DNA of 64,000 nucleotides from Octopus sinensis (Eukaryota): NCBI RefSeq assembly GCF_006345805.1, contig NC_043010.1, positions 48,856,001 to 48,920,000 of the forward strand, read 5' to 3'. Shown piece by piece: positions 13,043 to 26,578 of this stretch (position 1 is its first letter; each line of letters starts with the position of its first letter). The notes under the pieces were generated by a model. It saw only the letters and a program-made list of their open reading frames with translations, ran no database searches and was not told where the DNA came from. The position numbers and the translations under genes were made by a program.

Positions 13043-13467
13043 TTAGTGGACGGCTAGGCCTGCTTTGCTTCGTGTCACAAAACCACAACGATAGGTAAGG
13101 TTTCCATTTCGAGGAGCAGTGTTTTGCCTGCGTGCCTTCATGCTTACACGAAGTTGGTCCCGGTGGTGGAGTCGATTTTGCTCAAATTTTTGAATCGAGA
13201 AGCAGGACTAGCGATAGGTCCTGCGTTCTGATGCATTGTTTTCCCAAGAAGAGAAGGAATGTTGCATCGTTTCAGATTGACTTTTAGTTTGTCTTTGAAG
13301 CGCAAGAGTGGCCTTCCAACTGATCTTCCTGTTGGGAATTGGCCAAAGAGAAGTTTCTTCGTAATTCTGATATCACGCGACAGATGACCTGATCATCTAA
13401 ACTGCATTTTGATGAGGATGGCTTCAATGCCTGATATGTTGCCGCTCTGATAATGGACAGAGTCAAC
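13043..13467 (-). mobile_element. RTE-clade LINE, 3' end of ORF (degenerate)
   Basis: SGIEAILIKMQFR*SGHLSR..RITKKLLFGQFPTGRSVGRPLLRFKDKLKVNLKRCNIP..CGFVTRSKAGLAVH*, typical RTE C-terminal motifs. Confidence 0.85.
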
Positions 13468-13592
13468 GACTACTGAAGAGACTGCAAGAAGCAACGAAAA
13501 GTTTAGAACTGAACCCGGAACCATGTGATTGGGAAACAAGCTTCTTACTACACAGCCACTTCTGCGCAGAGAATATATATATATATATATAG

Positions 13593-13657
<65 letters not shown>

Positions 13658-14006
13658 GTTGTTTGGGCATGTAGATGTGAAGGCACGTAGTTTTGAGTTA
13701 AAGGCGTTGCACTCTTGATCGTAAAATTGTGCTTGCAGTTCCTGGACCGGGCAATTCTTTTTGGCCTTCATTTCACATTGCTCCAGCCCAGTCGGCTGAA
13801 AAACACATGAGTACTTCTACTACCGACCGGCATCCCATCCAGCAAGGGATTTTATACACCACAGAATCCGGGAAACCGACCATATGAACCTATATCTCGG
13901 AAAGGACCTTTGATATTTCTTTGATATCTTGGTACATATATTTATCTTTTAGATACATAAATATATTCATATGTTCATCTTTAACGTACATATATTCTTC
14001 TGTATA

Positions 14007-14460
14007 GGCACAGGCGTGGCTGTGTGGTAAGAAGCTTGCTTCCCAAATACCATGGTTTCGGGTTCAGTCCCACTGCGTGACACCTGGAGCAGCTGTCTGC
14101 TAGTATAGCCTTGTGAGTGGAACTGAAGAAAGCCCGTCATGCATATTTCTGTGTGTGTGTGTGTGTGTGTGTGCATGTGTGTGTGCGTGTGTGTCTGTGT
14201 GTGTGTAAGTGTGTGTGTGTGTGTGCATGTGTGTGTGTGTGTGTGTGTGTCTTTGTATCTATGCTTGTCCACCCACCACCGTTTGACAAACGGTGTTGAT
14301 GTGTTTACGTCCCCAATCTAGCAGTTCGGCAAAACAGAACGATGGAATAAATACCAGGCTTTTAAAAAATAAGTACAGAGATGGATTCATTCGGTTACAA
14401 GTCCTTCCAGGTCGTGCCCCAGCATGGCCGCAGTCTAATGACCGAAACAAGTAAAAGATA
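14007..14460 (+). mobile_element. SINE family A, full length with expanded (TG)n
   Basis: Head, body, microsatellite and tail present. Confidence 0.9.
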
Positions 14461-14849
14461 AAAAAATAAAAGATATGTGTGTAAGTGTGCGTGTGTTTGT
14501 GAATGCGTGTGACTATGTGTTTCTATGTACATCAGTTGTATCTTCCGTTCGTTTGCTCTTGCCAAAAGTTGTGTGACTTAATCACTCATTTGGAGTTGTT
14601 TGGAAATATGTAATTCTATGTACGTTATGTCGTCTCACAGATCCTGTATTGACTTAACATGAAGAAATAAACCGTGTAATATATTTTTCTGAATTACATT
14701 ATCACCGATTCACTTTATCGCACAAGATAAATGGAAAGACAGAGAAGAAGAAAAGAAAAGGGGGGGGGGCGGAATTTATTCAGTCTGTAAAAATTAGATT
14801 TAATTTTAAGTGATTAATTCGTCATCACAATGAATTAACATATACACAC

Positions 14850-15175
14850 AAATACATTTATGTATGTAAATACGTACATATAAACAAATAAATGTATATG
14901 TATGTATATATGTAAATATGTATGTATGTATGTATGCATGTATGTATGTGTTTATGTATGTGTTTATGTATGTATGTGTGTGTGTATGTGTGTGTGTATG
15001 CATGTATGTATGTATGTATCTATCTATCTATTTATCGATATGTAAATATACACATATACACATAATGTGTGAATTTATATGTGTGTGTGTATGTAATGAC
15101 AATAATACACACACATATGCGTACGATATGTATGTACGTGTGTGAATATATATATATATATGTATGTGTGTGTGA

Positions 15176-15206
<31 letters not shown>

Positions 15207-15713
15207 GCGTATGTATATATATATATATATATGCGCACACTCTGATATATACATACATATACGTATGTGTATATGTGTGTGCATATATATTTATTTGCGT
15301 GTGTATGTATGTATGTATGTATGTATGTATGTATGTATGTATGTATGTATGTATGCATGCATGCATGTATGTATGTATGTATGTATGTATGTATGTATGT
15401 ATGTATGTATGTATGTATGTATATGTGTGTGTATGTATGTATGTATGTATGTATGTATGTATGTATGTATGGGTAAGTCAAAGGGCGCCATAGACAAGGT
15501 GGAAAGGAAGATGCGTGTTTTACAAACGCATCAAATATATATTGAAGTTCAATCCCTGCTTATTGATATTTATATATTCACGTACATGAACGTTAGTATA
15601 ATGGATTCTACACGAAGGTATGTGTGCATATATGTGAGTGTCGGTGTATGCAAATGTAAACAAATAAATAAGGATATATATTATATATATATACACGCAT
15701 ACATATATTATGC

Positions 15714-15753
<40 letters not shown>

Positions 15754-16340
15754 TACATATATTATGTATATATTTGTATAGATATATGACTATGTATATA
15801 CAAATATGTATGTGTTTATGTGTATACGTATGTGAATATGCGTGTGTAATTATATGTATATATGTTTGTATGTATGTGTGTATGTATATATATATAGAGA
15901 GAGAGAGAAAGAGAGAGAGAGATCAGTAGGTAGGTAGGGAGGTAGGTAGGTAAGTAGGTAGGTAGGTAGGTAGGTAGATAGGTAGGTAGATATGTAGGTA
16001 GGTAGGTAGGTAGGTAGGTAGGTGGGTAGGTAGGTAGGTTGGTAGATTTGTTGGTTGCCAGGCAGGTAAGTCGGTTCGTCGGTAGATAGGTAAGTTGGTA
16101 GACGTACAGATAAAGCATACATGCATACGTACGTACTTGCGGAGATAAGACATACAAATATACCTACGTCCTTACACAGGTACATACATATATACCTATG
16201 CGCATGCATAGATACACATATGTACAGATACCACACACATATATATATGCATTCATATATATACACATACATACATGCATGCATACATACATGCATATAT
16301 ACATGCTTAATACAATCATGCATATGTACATACGTAAACA
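14850..16340. repeat. About 1.5-kb compound (TATG)/(TG)/(TAGG)/(CATA) field
   Basis: Direct reading; (TAGG)n at about 15925-16090. Confidence 0.93.
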
Positions 16341-16844
16341 TCTACAACTTAAGACACCCCAAGGTGTATCATTAATTCTTTATCGATGAACTTAGGATCC
16401 ATCCTGATTGCTAGGAAGCTGTACGATTTAATAACAACTTATTCTCCTGATGTGGGAATGGAAGCTGGCCAAAAGAAATGTTCATACTAATTAGTTGAAA
16501 CTATTAATGGGTGATATACATAAGGCTTTTAAATAGTTAAGTAGTTCTAAGCCGAAAGCATTCACATCCAGAAGCTCTTCATTTTCATTGAGATTCCCGA
16601 AAGAAGAAAAAAATCAGAGCTCTGAATACTTACGTATTGCTAAAGATGTTGATGTTAAATCCCAAGTTAGCCCTGATAAATGGTGACCTATGTTCAAAGA
16701 CATTCCAGCTATGACCACCTCGTATTCTCAGTGTCGCAATCGACAGTTAAGCGATCCAGGAAAATCATTGAAATGCTGCATGATAGTAATAAGCAATCAG
16801 CATGCTCTCGATTGCATACATGCTACTGGCCTTCGCTATGAAGA

Positions 16845-17071
16845 CGGCGAGCTGGCAGAACCGTTAGCACGCCGGGCGAAATGCGTAGCCGTAATTCGTC
16901 TGCCGTTACGTTCTGAGTTCATATTCCGCCCAGGTCGACTTTGCCTTTCATCCTTTCGGGGTCGATTAAATAAGTACCAGTTACGCATTGAAGTCGATAT
17001 AATCGACTTAATCTGTTTATCTGTCCTTGATTGTCCCCTCTACGTTTAGCCCCTTGTGGGTAATAAAGAAA
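16845..17071 (+). mobile_element. SINE family B, full length
   Basis: ggcgagctggcagaa..gagttcatattcc..gactttgcctttcatcctttcggggtcgattaaataagtaccag..aaagaaata. Confidence 0.92.
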
Positions 17072-18405
17072 TATATGACTTCGTGACGTATCTGCATACG
17101 CTACTCCTTCTACATTCATTTTACATCGCTAAACTGCTGTAATCTAACTTCAGATAACTTCATGTAGTATTAACGATCTTGGTTGTTAGTACCACACTCC
17201 AAACTATACTGTCGCATCACACATAGTTCGATTAATACGGATGAAGTATTATGGGTTTATACAATATTTTTTAATAATTTTCAAACGGAAACTCAATTAT
17301 AACAGTCTGTAGAATGCTAAGTGAGACAAAACAAACAGTTAGAGGTTCAAATTCCGCCTAGGAATCTTATATACATGACCAAAGCCTTCAACTTTTGAAA
17401 GACCATATCAATCGAGCAGTGAGTAGTTGACCAACTTCACCTTCAATGAATAATTCACAGCTGTATTCAACAGTGACTCTAAAGGTTTGATCAGCATTGG
17501 CTAGCAACACCATGTTTAATGTTTACCTCCTGTTGGTATAAAATCCTTTCTAGAATAACAAATAATCGATGCATGAATAGCGCCCCATATCTGTAAAACA
17601 TGACAGTGGCTTTATGAATCTAATGGTACGAGACTATATGCTTTGAGCCGTATGTATCTCAAAGGTATTTCGTTGATGAATAAGTGAAATTACTGTGTTC
17701 ATTTATGTTAATTTTTAACATAAGCATAAGGTCGTACTTTTTGGGGCGGAAAGATCGACCGGTTAAATTTACCTTGGAACGAGACTAATACTGATTTTAT
17801 TGTTTTCATAATGATAAAAGCAAAGTCAACATCTGCAGGATTCGTACAACATTTGGTTTGGTGCCCTTCAGATTTAACCAATTCACCGTATTTTCATATT
17901 TTACTTCACATTTCTATGTGTGACATACATCACATCATGAATGTATACCCGTGTTGTCGTAGTTAATTAAGGAAAAAACTTCTGTGGAATATTTGAATAA
18001 AACGACTGTTGCATCGATTGTAAAGAGAAAACGACGAAGCATCTCAATAGCAACTCAACCAACAATAAATATCAAGCAAATTTTCTTCAAATATCACCCT
18101 AACATGAAAGCCAAATTGAATCCTCTAGATATATATTACGAAAATGACATGGAATTTTCATTATTGAAATGCATGCATTTGGTCGTACGTAGATCTTCCT
18201 TGATCAGATCAGATCAGGAGCTATACAATATCAACATTAGAAAGAAATTACATTATTGGGAAACAAGCTGAGACTCGGTCAACCCTGACTTATTCAACTG
18301 GGCGAGGTTGTCCGATGTTGAAAGATTTGAAGCCCCACAGAAACATTGCTGACGATGAATCACATATGTATACATACATATATGTACATAGATATATACA
18401 TATAC

Positions 18406-18455
<50 letters not shown>

Positions 18456-18653
18456 TATACATACATATAATATATACATACATATATATTATATATATAC
18501 ATACATATGTGAAATAGAAAGATGAATAATCTTGTAGTAGATTAATCAAAAGTTTAACGATACCTTAGTAGCAAAAAATCACAGCAGTGAACAGCACGGT
18601 TGGGGTACAACCATCTGGCGTGCAACCGTGCGTTGGTGCGGATAATGAAATTA

Positions 18654-18942
18654 AAACATTATGGTGAATTGAAGAAATGGAGCTGAACGCAGATTGAACA
18701 GAAATCAGTTTCGCCATGGGCTTCTTAGGAGCACAGTTCGATTTGTTTTTTGCTCTGCCTCTGTTCTGTTTTGTTTTTTCCAACGGATTTCCTTTTTTCT
18801 CCTGAAGAGAAAGACACAATTATGGTCCCATTATTCAATCGGATTTTGGTAATTTGTGCCTTTCGAAACACGTGTAGAATGAAATAAACGATTTCTGTTC
18901 AATCTGCGTTAGCTCCATTTCTTCAATTCACCAATAATGTTT
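18654..18942. repeat. Inverted repeat, about 57-bp arms, about 175-bp spacer (MITE-like)
   Basis: 18654-18711 versus 18886-18942 differ only by about three 1-nt indels. Confidence 0.85.
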
Positions 18943-19215
18943 ATATACATACATATATATATATATATATATTACATACATATATATATATATATATATA
19001 CATACATATATATATATACATACATATTAACATACATATATATATATATATATATACATACATACATATATACATACATATATATATATATATCATACAT
19101 ACAGTTATATATATATATATATTATATATATATATATATATATACATAGATATATATCTTATATATATACATACATACATACATTATAAATATATATCTA
19201 CATATATATATATAT

Positions 19216-19266
<51 letters not shown>

Positions 19267-19402
19267 CATACATACATATATATATATAGATACATATATA
19301 TATATCTAACATACATACATACATATATATATTATAAATATACATATAATATATATAATATACATACATACATTATATATATATATATATATACATATTA
19401 TA

Positions 19403-19456
<54 letters not shown>

Positions 19457-19490
19457 ATATATAACATATATATATATATACATACATACA

Positions 19491-19546
<56 letters not shown>

Positions 19547-19610
19547 CACATAATATATATACATATATAAACATATATATATATTGATATATATATATAT
19601 ATATAATATA
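18943..19610. repeat. (TA)/(CATA)n tract
   Basis: Direct reading. Confidence 0.96.
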
Positions 19611-20493
19611 TTAGGTTGATCGGGAAGTTCTGAGCGATTTTTAATATGTAAAAAAGGATATAAACATTAACCTTTCAATAAATTTTATTCAATGAAATAA
19701 TTTCCATTATTATTAATGACTTTGCCTCTCTATCAACCTATTTAAATATTTCATCAGCATAAAATTTAACTGGTTTTGAAGTAAATAAGTTATATTGATA
19801 CATTTTGAATCGATCTAAATCGTTAAATGCTTCGTCTTGCAAACTCCAAGATCTTTTACGCACTATGTTTTCGTATAGAATCCATTTTCCATATCCAATC
19901 ACAAGTTGTTTCAAAAAAGGCATGCTTTCATTCCGTTTCAAAAACGTATTACAAGCGGAATACCGATCCAAGCAATTCTTTTCTGGTAGTTTGTGAGGGA
20001 ACCATACATTATAGCGAGAAATGTATCCTAGCTTCTCTACGTATTCGTGAGCCGTGCTTTTAGAAACTTCCAACTCCTCTGCAAGTTCTTTAGTTGTGGT
20101 ATTTGAGTATTCTTCGATGTTTGTTTTCCAAAATATCTTAATCCGATTTTGAAGGTCTTCCACTGCGGCTATCATCTTCCAAGTTAAAATCTCCAGTTTT
20201 AAATTTCGTAAACCACCTTCGAACTGTTGATTCACAAACAGCAAACGTTTTTGCAAGTCTTTGCAGCATTTTCTCCTTTTAAAAAAAAGAAAAACATTAC
20301 AACACCAATATGAAATTTTTGGTTATCTATTTCAAATGTCAATAAAGAGTTACCGGAATGAAAGATAAATCTATTTTTAGTCAGGAACAAAGAAGAGATG
20401 CACTAACACTTCAAGCAACGCTAAAGTTTTAACAGTGTTACGTTTCAGGTGTGTTCAATGAAGCGTTAACAGATTTAGCTTAAAAACGCTCAG
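19611..20493 (-). mobile_element. Second mariner family, internally deleted and degenerate
   Basis: TIR ttaggttgatcgggaagttctgagcgatttt after TA; partial opposite TIR aaaacgctcag at about 20482. ORF 19738-20256 has VWFPHKL and FLKQLVIGYGKWILYENIVRKRSWS joined directly to the C-terminus. Confidence 0.88.
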
Positions 20494-20496
20494 CTA

Positions 20497-20630
20497 TATA
20501 TATACGACAGGCTTCTTTCAGTTTCCGTTAATCAAGTCCACTTACAAGGCTTTGATGGGCCCAGGTCTGTAGCAGAAGAGATTTCCCCAAGGTGCCACGC
20601 AGTGGGACTGAAGCCGGAACCATTGCTTTA
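20497..20630 (-). mobile_element. SINE family A 5' half, truncating the mariner TIR
   Basis: cgacaggcttctttcagtttccg..gtgggactgaagccggaacc. Confidence 0.8.
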
Positions 20631-20689
20631 ATACCAATTTTTTTTTTAACACACAGCTATTTCTCCAAGGTGGATGATTTATATTCTTT

Positions 20690-20860
20690 TCTTCTCTAGG
20701 CACAAAGCCCGAAATTTTTTTTTGGGGGGGGGGTGCCAGTCGATTAGATCGAACCAGTACGCAACTGGTACTTAATTTATTAACCCCCAAAAAGATCAAA
20801 AGCGAAGTCGACCTCGGCGGAATTTGAACTCAGAACGTAAAAACAGGCGAAATACCGCTA
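20690..20860 (-). mobile_element. SINE family B, alternative-tail variant
   Basis: Family B core with a ctctaggcacaaagcccgaaatttt..gggg tail. Confidence 0.75.
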
Positions 20861-21078
20861 AGATATAACACATCTACCTACCTGCCGATCCATCTCTATA
20901 ACAACATACAGAACAGCTCACATTGAAGCTTACGTACCATGGTGGTTAAGCTGTTCGTTGCGCGATTGTAGATTCAATTTCCAAACTGTGCCGCGCGGAC
21001 AAAGCACTTTTCCAGTCCACTCGGTTGAAAGAAATAAACAAATAAATTAATAAACAAAATGAGTTGCATCTTTTGTAG

Positions 21079-21111
21079 AAAGAGGTCTTGATGATTACAG
21101 AATATCAGATG
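21079..21111 (+). CDS. 33-nt phase 1-1 exon: (K/E/Q)RGLDDYRISD, 137 nt upstream of exon A
   Basis: Acceptor catcttttgtag, donor ATG|gtaaag. Open and phase-compatible with exon A. Confidence 0.55.
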
Positions 21112-21248
21112 GTAAAGAAACGGTTCTGATTTTGTTTTGTCTATATTTTTCGACAGTTTATTTTAAATGCTTAAAACTCCATCAAACTACAAACCTTTTT
21201 GTTTTTAATTTGTTTTTTAATATGTATTGTCTGTATTTGTTTTCTCAG

Positions 21249-21368
21249 ATAACCTTGTTTTGACAAACGGATATGTAACTGATTCGGACCATTTATCGCC
21301 CAACGCAGCGCTGTTGGCAAAGGCACTGTGCACCAAAGATGGAGAAATTGATGTCAAATGTTACAGAG
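21249..21368 (+). CDS. Internal coding exon A (120 nt, phase 1-1) of an unidentified gene: (D)NLVLTNGYVTDSDHLSPNAALLAKALCTKDGEIDVKCYR
   Basis: Acceptor tatttgttttctcag, donor GAG|gtaaaa. Only the phase-1 frame is open. Paralogous to 29220-29336 with 11 synonymous codon differences. Confidence 0.85.
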
Positions 21369-22876
21369 GTAAAACGTTTTGATCTTATTTTCATTTATTT
21401 CTAATTTAATACTCATATTATTCCATTGTTTGGCAGAATCGTTTGGGCATCGTTCAAAATGTCTTGCTTTATTTTTTTTTCCGCTTCTTGGTTTTTTAAA
21501 AAATTCGAATCCCGCTAAGGTAAATTTTGCCTGTCGTCTTTCTGAGTTCGATAAAATAAAGGTCCCGCAGGTAACGATTTAATCATCTATACCCTTTCAA
21601 ATTTCCAGCCTTATAGAAACATTCTATGATAGAAACATTCTATTATCCTTCCCTCACATTTTTGTAGTGATTAATTAAAGTCTCCAAACTATGCAGTCAA
21701 ATATAAATTCCAATTTGATGTCTAAGCAACATCAGGTATACCTTTTCCCTTGGACGTGTGTTTAAATACCTGACTGGATTCGAACTTTTGTATTTCTGTA
21801 CAAAGGGTAATAATGTCCTAATGCGCTTTGTACAAGAGTCACAGACTTAACTATGACTCTTTGTTTGGAAATGAATGTTTCTAGTTCTCATTCATTCTGG
21901 TATTCTATAATAACCAAGAATAAATCATCTGTTGGTGATCGAAGACCAAAGTGATTGAAAAATAATATAACTCATGATTATTGGGAATGGAAGATGAAGC
22001 AACCTGACGTTTCGACACTAACACTTCGTCTGAGAGAGAAATGAAAACTTTTCAGCAGTTGGAAAGCTCAGTCTTGGAACATTAGGTTCCATTCACCCAT
22101 AGCACACTGATTTATTCAAACCCGTGAACATCATTAGTTAATTTTCGCCAACACAAACTGGCACCAGTTTTCCTAGACTTAAGTGAAAAGTATTGTAGAT
22201 CTGTGAAGGCGCGCGGCTAGTGTATAGAGTGTTGGCCTCATGGTCATTAGTCAGTAGGTTCGATTCTTGGACTGGGCAATACAAAGTGTCCTTGAACAGT
22301 GCACTTCGCTTCACGTTGCTCCGATACATTCAGCTAAGGATGACAAACAGTGACTCCAGGGATTATCCTTGTGACGGACAGGCTTTCCGTTCAGCGGGTG
22401 GAAGTCTTCTACTCTTGACTTAAACACCATGAAAATCCAATTAAGTTCCGATCTCATAAGACTGTAGGTCCGACAGGAATAAAAAGGAGAAAAGAGGGTA
22501 TACGTATAGATATTTTAAAGCTTCTAAAATTTAAAAGATGAGGTTAATAATCCAATAAATTATAACTTCATGGCTTTGCAAGAATCGTTAGAGTATCGGA
22601 CCAAATACTTTGCGATATTTACATAGGGCCTTTCTCATTCTGAGTTCAAATTACACCGAATTCAGCATTTCAACATTGTCTTTCCTTCTTCCGAGGTAGA
22701 TTAAATAAAGTATAACGGAGATACTGTTGTTGATTTAATCGACTAACCAATTCCTGCCAAAATTTTGTGACTCTGTATAAAGTTAAGAAATTATTAAATT
22801 CAACTCATCTCAGGCATTTAGACATTTCATTTAGAGGATTCCTTATATATATAATGTCTATATAGGTCACAAAATT

Positions 22877-23165
22877 GTTTGTTCCTTCTCGAGCCATGCC
22901 TGGCTCATAGGGTCGGTTTCCCGGTGTCCTTGGCGTATAGGTTCCCCACCTGGACGGGACGCCGGTCCGTCGCAGGTGAGCTGCAGGAGGAAAGAGTGAG
23001 AGAAAGTTGTGGCGAAAGATTCAGCAGTTCGCCATTACCTTCTGCCGGAGGCGCGTGGAGCTTAGGTGTTTCGCTCATAGACACACACATCGCCCAGTCT
23101 GACATTCGAACCTACGATCCCTCGACCACGAAGTCCGCTGCTCTAACCACTAAGCCATGTGTCTC
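22877..23165 (-). mobile_element. Family C-type SINE with a third tail type
   Basis: C-like head and body joined to a gagccatgcctggctcataggg..ttcccgg tail. Confidence 0.8.
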
Positions 23166-23329
23166 CACAAGTCACAAAATTACGGTACAAATAATTTGAA
23201 TCTATATTAATAATAATCAGCTAATTCTTTGCACGAGCCGCACGTTTTGATGTGAGAGTAAAATAGATTAAATCGAGCTCCTGTGCTTAATTGGGTCGAA
23301 ACGCGGAAGATAAAGTCGAATAAGAGCGA

Positions 23330-23538
23330 TACTCTTTTACTCTCTCTTACTTTTTTCAGTCATTTGACTGTGGCCATGCTGGAGCACCACCTTTAGTCGA
23401 GCAAATCGACCCCAGGACTTATTCTTTGCAGAATTTATTCTATCGATCTATTATTTGCTGAACCGTTAAGTTATGGGGACGTAAACACACCAGCATCGGT
23501 TGTCAGGCGATGTTGGGGGAACAAACACTGACACACAA

Positions 23539-23603
<65 letters not shown>

Positions 23604-23776
23604 CATATATACGGGGGGCTTCTTTCAGTTTCCGTCTACCAAATCCACTCACAAGGCTTTGATCAGCCCGAGGCTATAGTAGAAGACACACTTGCCCAAG
23701 ATGCCACGCAGTGGGACTGAACCTAGAACCATGTGGTTGGTAAGCAAGCTACTTACCACACAGCCACTCCTACGCC
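23330..23776 (-). mobile_element. SINE family A, full length
   Basis: Complete head and tail. Confidence 0.92.
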
Positions 23777-24154
23777 TATAGAATAAAGAGTTAATCTGAA
23801 TCTCAGCTGATTTGCACTCAAAACGTAAAGAAGGCATAATAATGCATCACAAGCTATTTTGTAAATGCTCTATAGATTTTGTTAATCCTGCGTCTTCCTG
23901 GTTATCGACTAAAAAGGAAATAATTTTATTCGTTAGCATGGCTTGCAGCTAAATACATACACACGAATTCACATGCATACATGCGTGTGTGTACATGTGT
24001 GTAGCTTAAAGTATTTGGACTGTATTTAGAAATTCAAAAAGAATGTATCTTTAAAAGCAAGAATCTAGTAAAGTGCTCAATAAACTACGTTCAGAGTGGT
24101 ATAACTTTATAACATTATAACATTATAAATGCAGAATAATAATGATGCAGACTA

Positions 24155-24157
24155 ATA

Positions 24158-24206
<49 letters not shown>

Positions 24207-24220
24207 CGACGACGACGATG

Positions 24221-24307
<87 letters not shown>

Positions 24308-24335
24308 AATAATAATGATGATGATGATAATAATA
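24155..24335. repeat. (GAT)n microsatellite
   Basis: Direct reading. Confidence 0.97.
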
Positions 24336-24878
24336 ATCTTTTGTACGTTGGGCACAAGGCCCAAAAGTTTTGGGGAGGGGGCCAGTCGATTAAATCGATC
24401 CCTAGTACGCAACTGGTACTTATTTAATCGACCCCGAAAGGATGAAAGGCAAAGTCAACCTCGGCGGAAATAATGATAATAATAATGATGATGATGATGC
24501 CACAAGAGCAGCTTGTAGGGAGGGGATAAAGTCGATTACATCGACCCCAGTGCGTAACTGGCACTTATTCAATCGACTCCGAAAGGATGAAAGGCAAAGT
24601 CGACCTCGGCGGAATTTGGACTCAGAGCGTAGCGATGGGTGAAACACCTATTTCTTTACTATCCACAAGGGGCTAAACACAGAGGGGACAAACAAGGACA
24701 GGCAAACGGATTAAGTCGATTACATCGACCCCAGTGCGTAACTGGTACTTAATTTATCGACCCCGAAAGGATGAAAGGCAAAGTCAACCTCGGCAGAATT
24801 TGAACTCAGAACGTAACGGCAGACGAAATACGGCTACTCATTTCTCCCGGTGTGCTAACGTTTCTGCCAGCTGCCGCC
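24335..24878 (-). mobile_element. Cluster of three family B copies (two partial; full copy at 24645-24878)
   Basis: ccccgaaaggatgaaaggcaaagtc(a/g)acctcggc(a/g)gaa occurs three times. Confidence 0.88.
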
Positions 24879-24902
24879 TTAATAATAATAATAATAATAA
24901 TA

Positions 24903-24953
<51 letters not shown>

Positions 24954-25031
24954 TAAATTAAATAATGAGGGTAGAAATTGATGCGGCTTTGCATATTTAA
25001 AAAATCCGAAGATTAAAAATTGTGATACATA

Positions 25032-25205
25032 CAAAATTTAGAGGAATACCCACTAAAGTGGACAGCCTATATGCTAAACATAGACGTCAAATCGCCATTA
25101 CCGCGAGATTTTTTCTTGAGAACACATTCTTCGTGGTAATGGCGATTTGACGTCTATGTTTAGCATATAGGGTGCCTACTTTACTGGTCATTCCACTAAA
25201 TTTTG
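25032..25205. mobile_element. Foldback MITE, 174 bp, TA duplication
   Basis: About 80-bp inverted arms with a perfect 37-bp core cctatatgctaaacatagacgtcaaatcgccattacc; TA on both sides; related fragment at 45541-45604. Confidence 0.8.
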
Positions 25206-25208
25206 TAT

Positions 25209-25260
<52 letters not shown>

Positions 25261-25645
25261 GAAAGAGAAAAAAAGGCACAGAGAGAGAGCGAGAGAGAGA
25301 GAAGACAGTGTCACAGGGTTGTCATTAAGCAAAGTGACAATTAAGACACAGATCAATTGAAAGCTAATGTTTAGAAAGAAAGAAGCATATGTAAAATATA
25401 TGTATCAAAGCATAAAATATACACTGAAGCACAATCCCATCTGTTTGATATTTATATATTCAAGTGCATGAACGTCAACAGAAAGCAGAATACAGGAAGG
25501 TGTGCGTGAATATGTATATATCTGTGTCTGTATGGTTAGCCGGCTTTCATAAACACATTACATCTCTGTTGATAAATATGTATTAGATTTTAGGATATAT
25601 GCCTGGATTTTTTTTATTCCGTTAGTTTCTGACAACAACAACAAC

Positions 25646-25705
<60 letters not shown>

Positions 25706-25741
25706 GTTATATCAAATTAAACTCAAATCATCGAGAGTTTA

Positions 25742-25745
<4 letters not shown>

Positions 25746-25790
<45 letters not shown>

Positions 25791-25797
25791 TACATGC

Positions 25798-25828
<31 letters not shown>

Positions 25829-25845
25829 CATATATACATGCATAT

Positions 25846-25895
<50 letters not shown>

Positions 25896-25924
25896 CATAT
25901 ATACATGCATATATACATATATAC

Positions 25925-26004
<80 letters not shown>
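25746..26004. repeat. (TA)/(CA)n tract
   Basis: Direct reading. Confidence 0.96.
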
Positions 26005-26008
<4 letters not shown>

Positions 26009-26527
26009 CAAATTGAAATCGTTTGTCTCGTGGTTGGAGTTTCATGCCACTGTGATCTTCAGAAGTGAACTAAAACTCTTGTTCGAAGAATAGTGTGAAA
26101 CTAGTCATGACTGGAAGAGATTCACTTTAAACAAAAGTATAACACGCCCTAGTGCGTGTATTTAAATTTTGTTTTCTCTTTCTTGACATCTGTGCATACG
26201 GAAAATGTATGTATGTATGTATGTATGTATGTATGTATGTATGTATGTATGTATGTATGTATGTATGTATATGTATGTATGTATGTATGTATTCTGACTA
26301 TCTAACTGCCTATTTGTCAATGCTGCGTATACCATAACGTCTGCAGATCTAACGGAGGCTTCAAAAGATATTTTAAGATCCACAAAGGTCAGAACTTAAC
26401 TGCAGCTCTTGGAGATCCAAAGCAGATATGCAATTTATGTGGGTGTTTTTTCAAAACAGTGTCTTATTTAAAAAGCCAAATCAGACGGCATGATACATTT
26501 AAGGTGTAAGTACAAGAGGTGGTCAAA

Positions 26528-26578
<51 letters not shown>

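Noticed and set aside
16628-16830. Minus-strand exon ending at a GTAAGT donor
   Set aside because: Every frame from the best acceptor contains a stop.
17984-18271. 95-aa ORF with KRKRR
   Set aside because: No ATG at the called start, no splice support and no recognisable domain; expected by chance.
21320-21368. Thyroglobulin type-1 or Kazal domain assignment for CTKDGEIDVKC
   Set aside because: Cys spacing differs and the QC/CWCV or Kazal motifs are absent.
24335-24878. CRISPR-like array from repeated family B cores, or from the 44-bp minisatellite at 39125
   Set aside because: No unique constant-length spacers, no cas genes, eukaryotic context.
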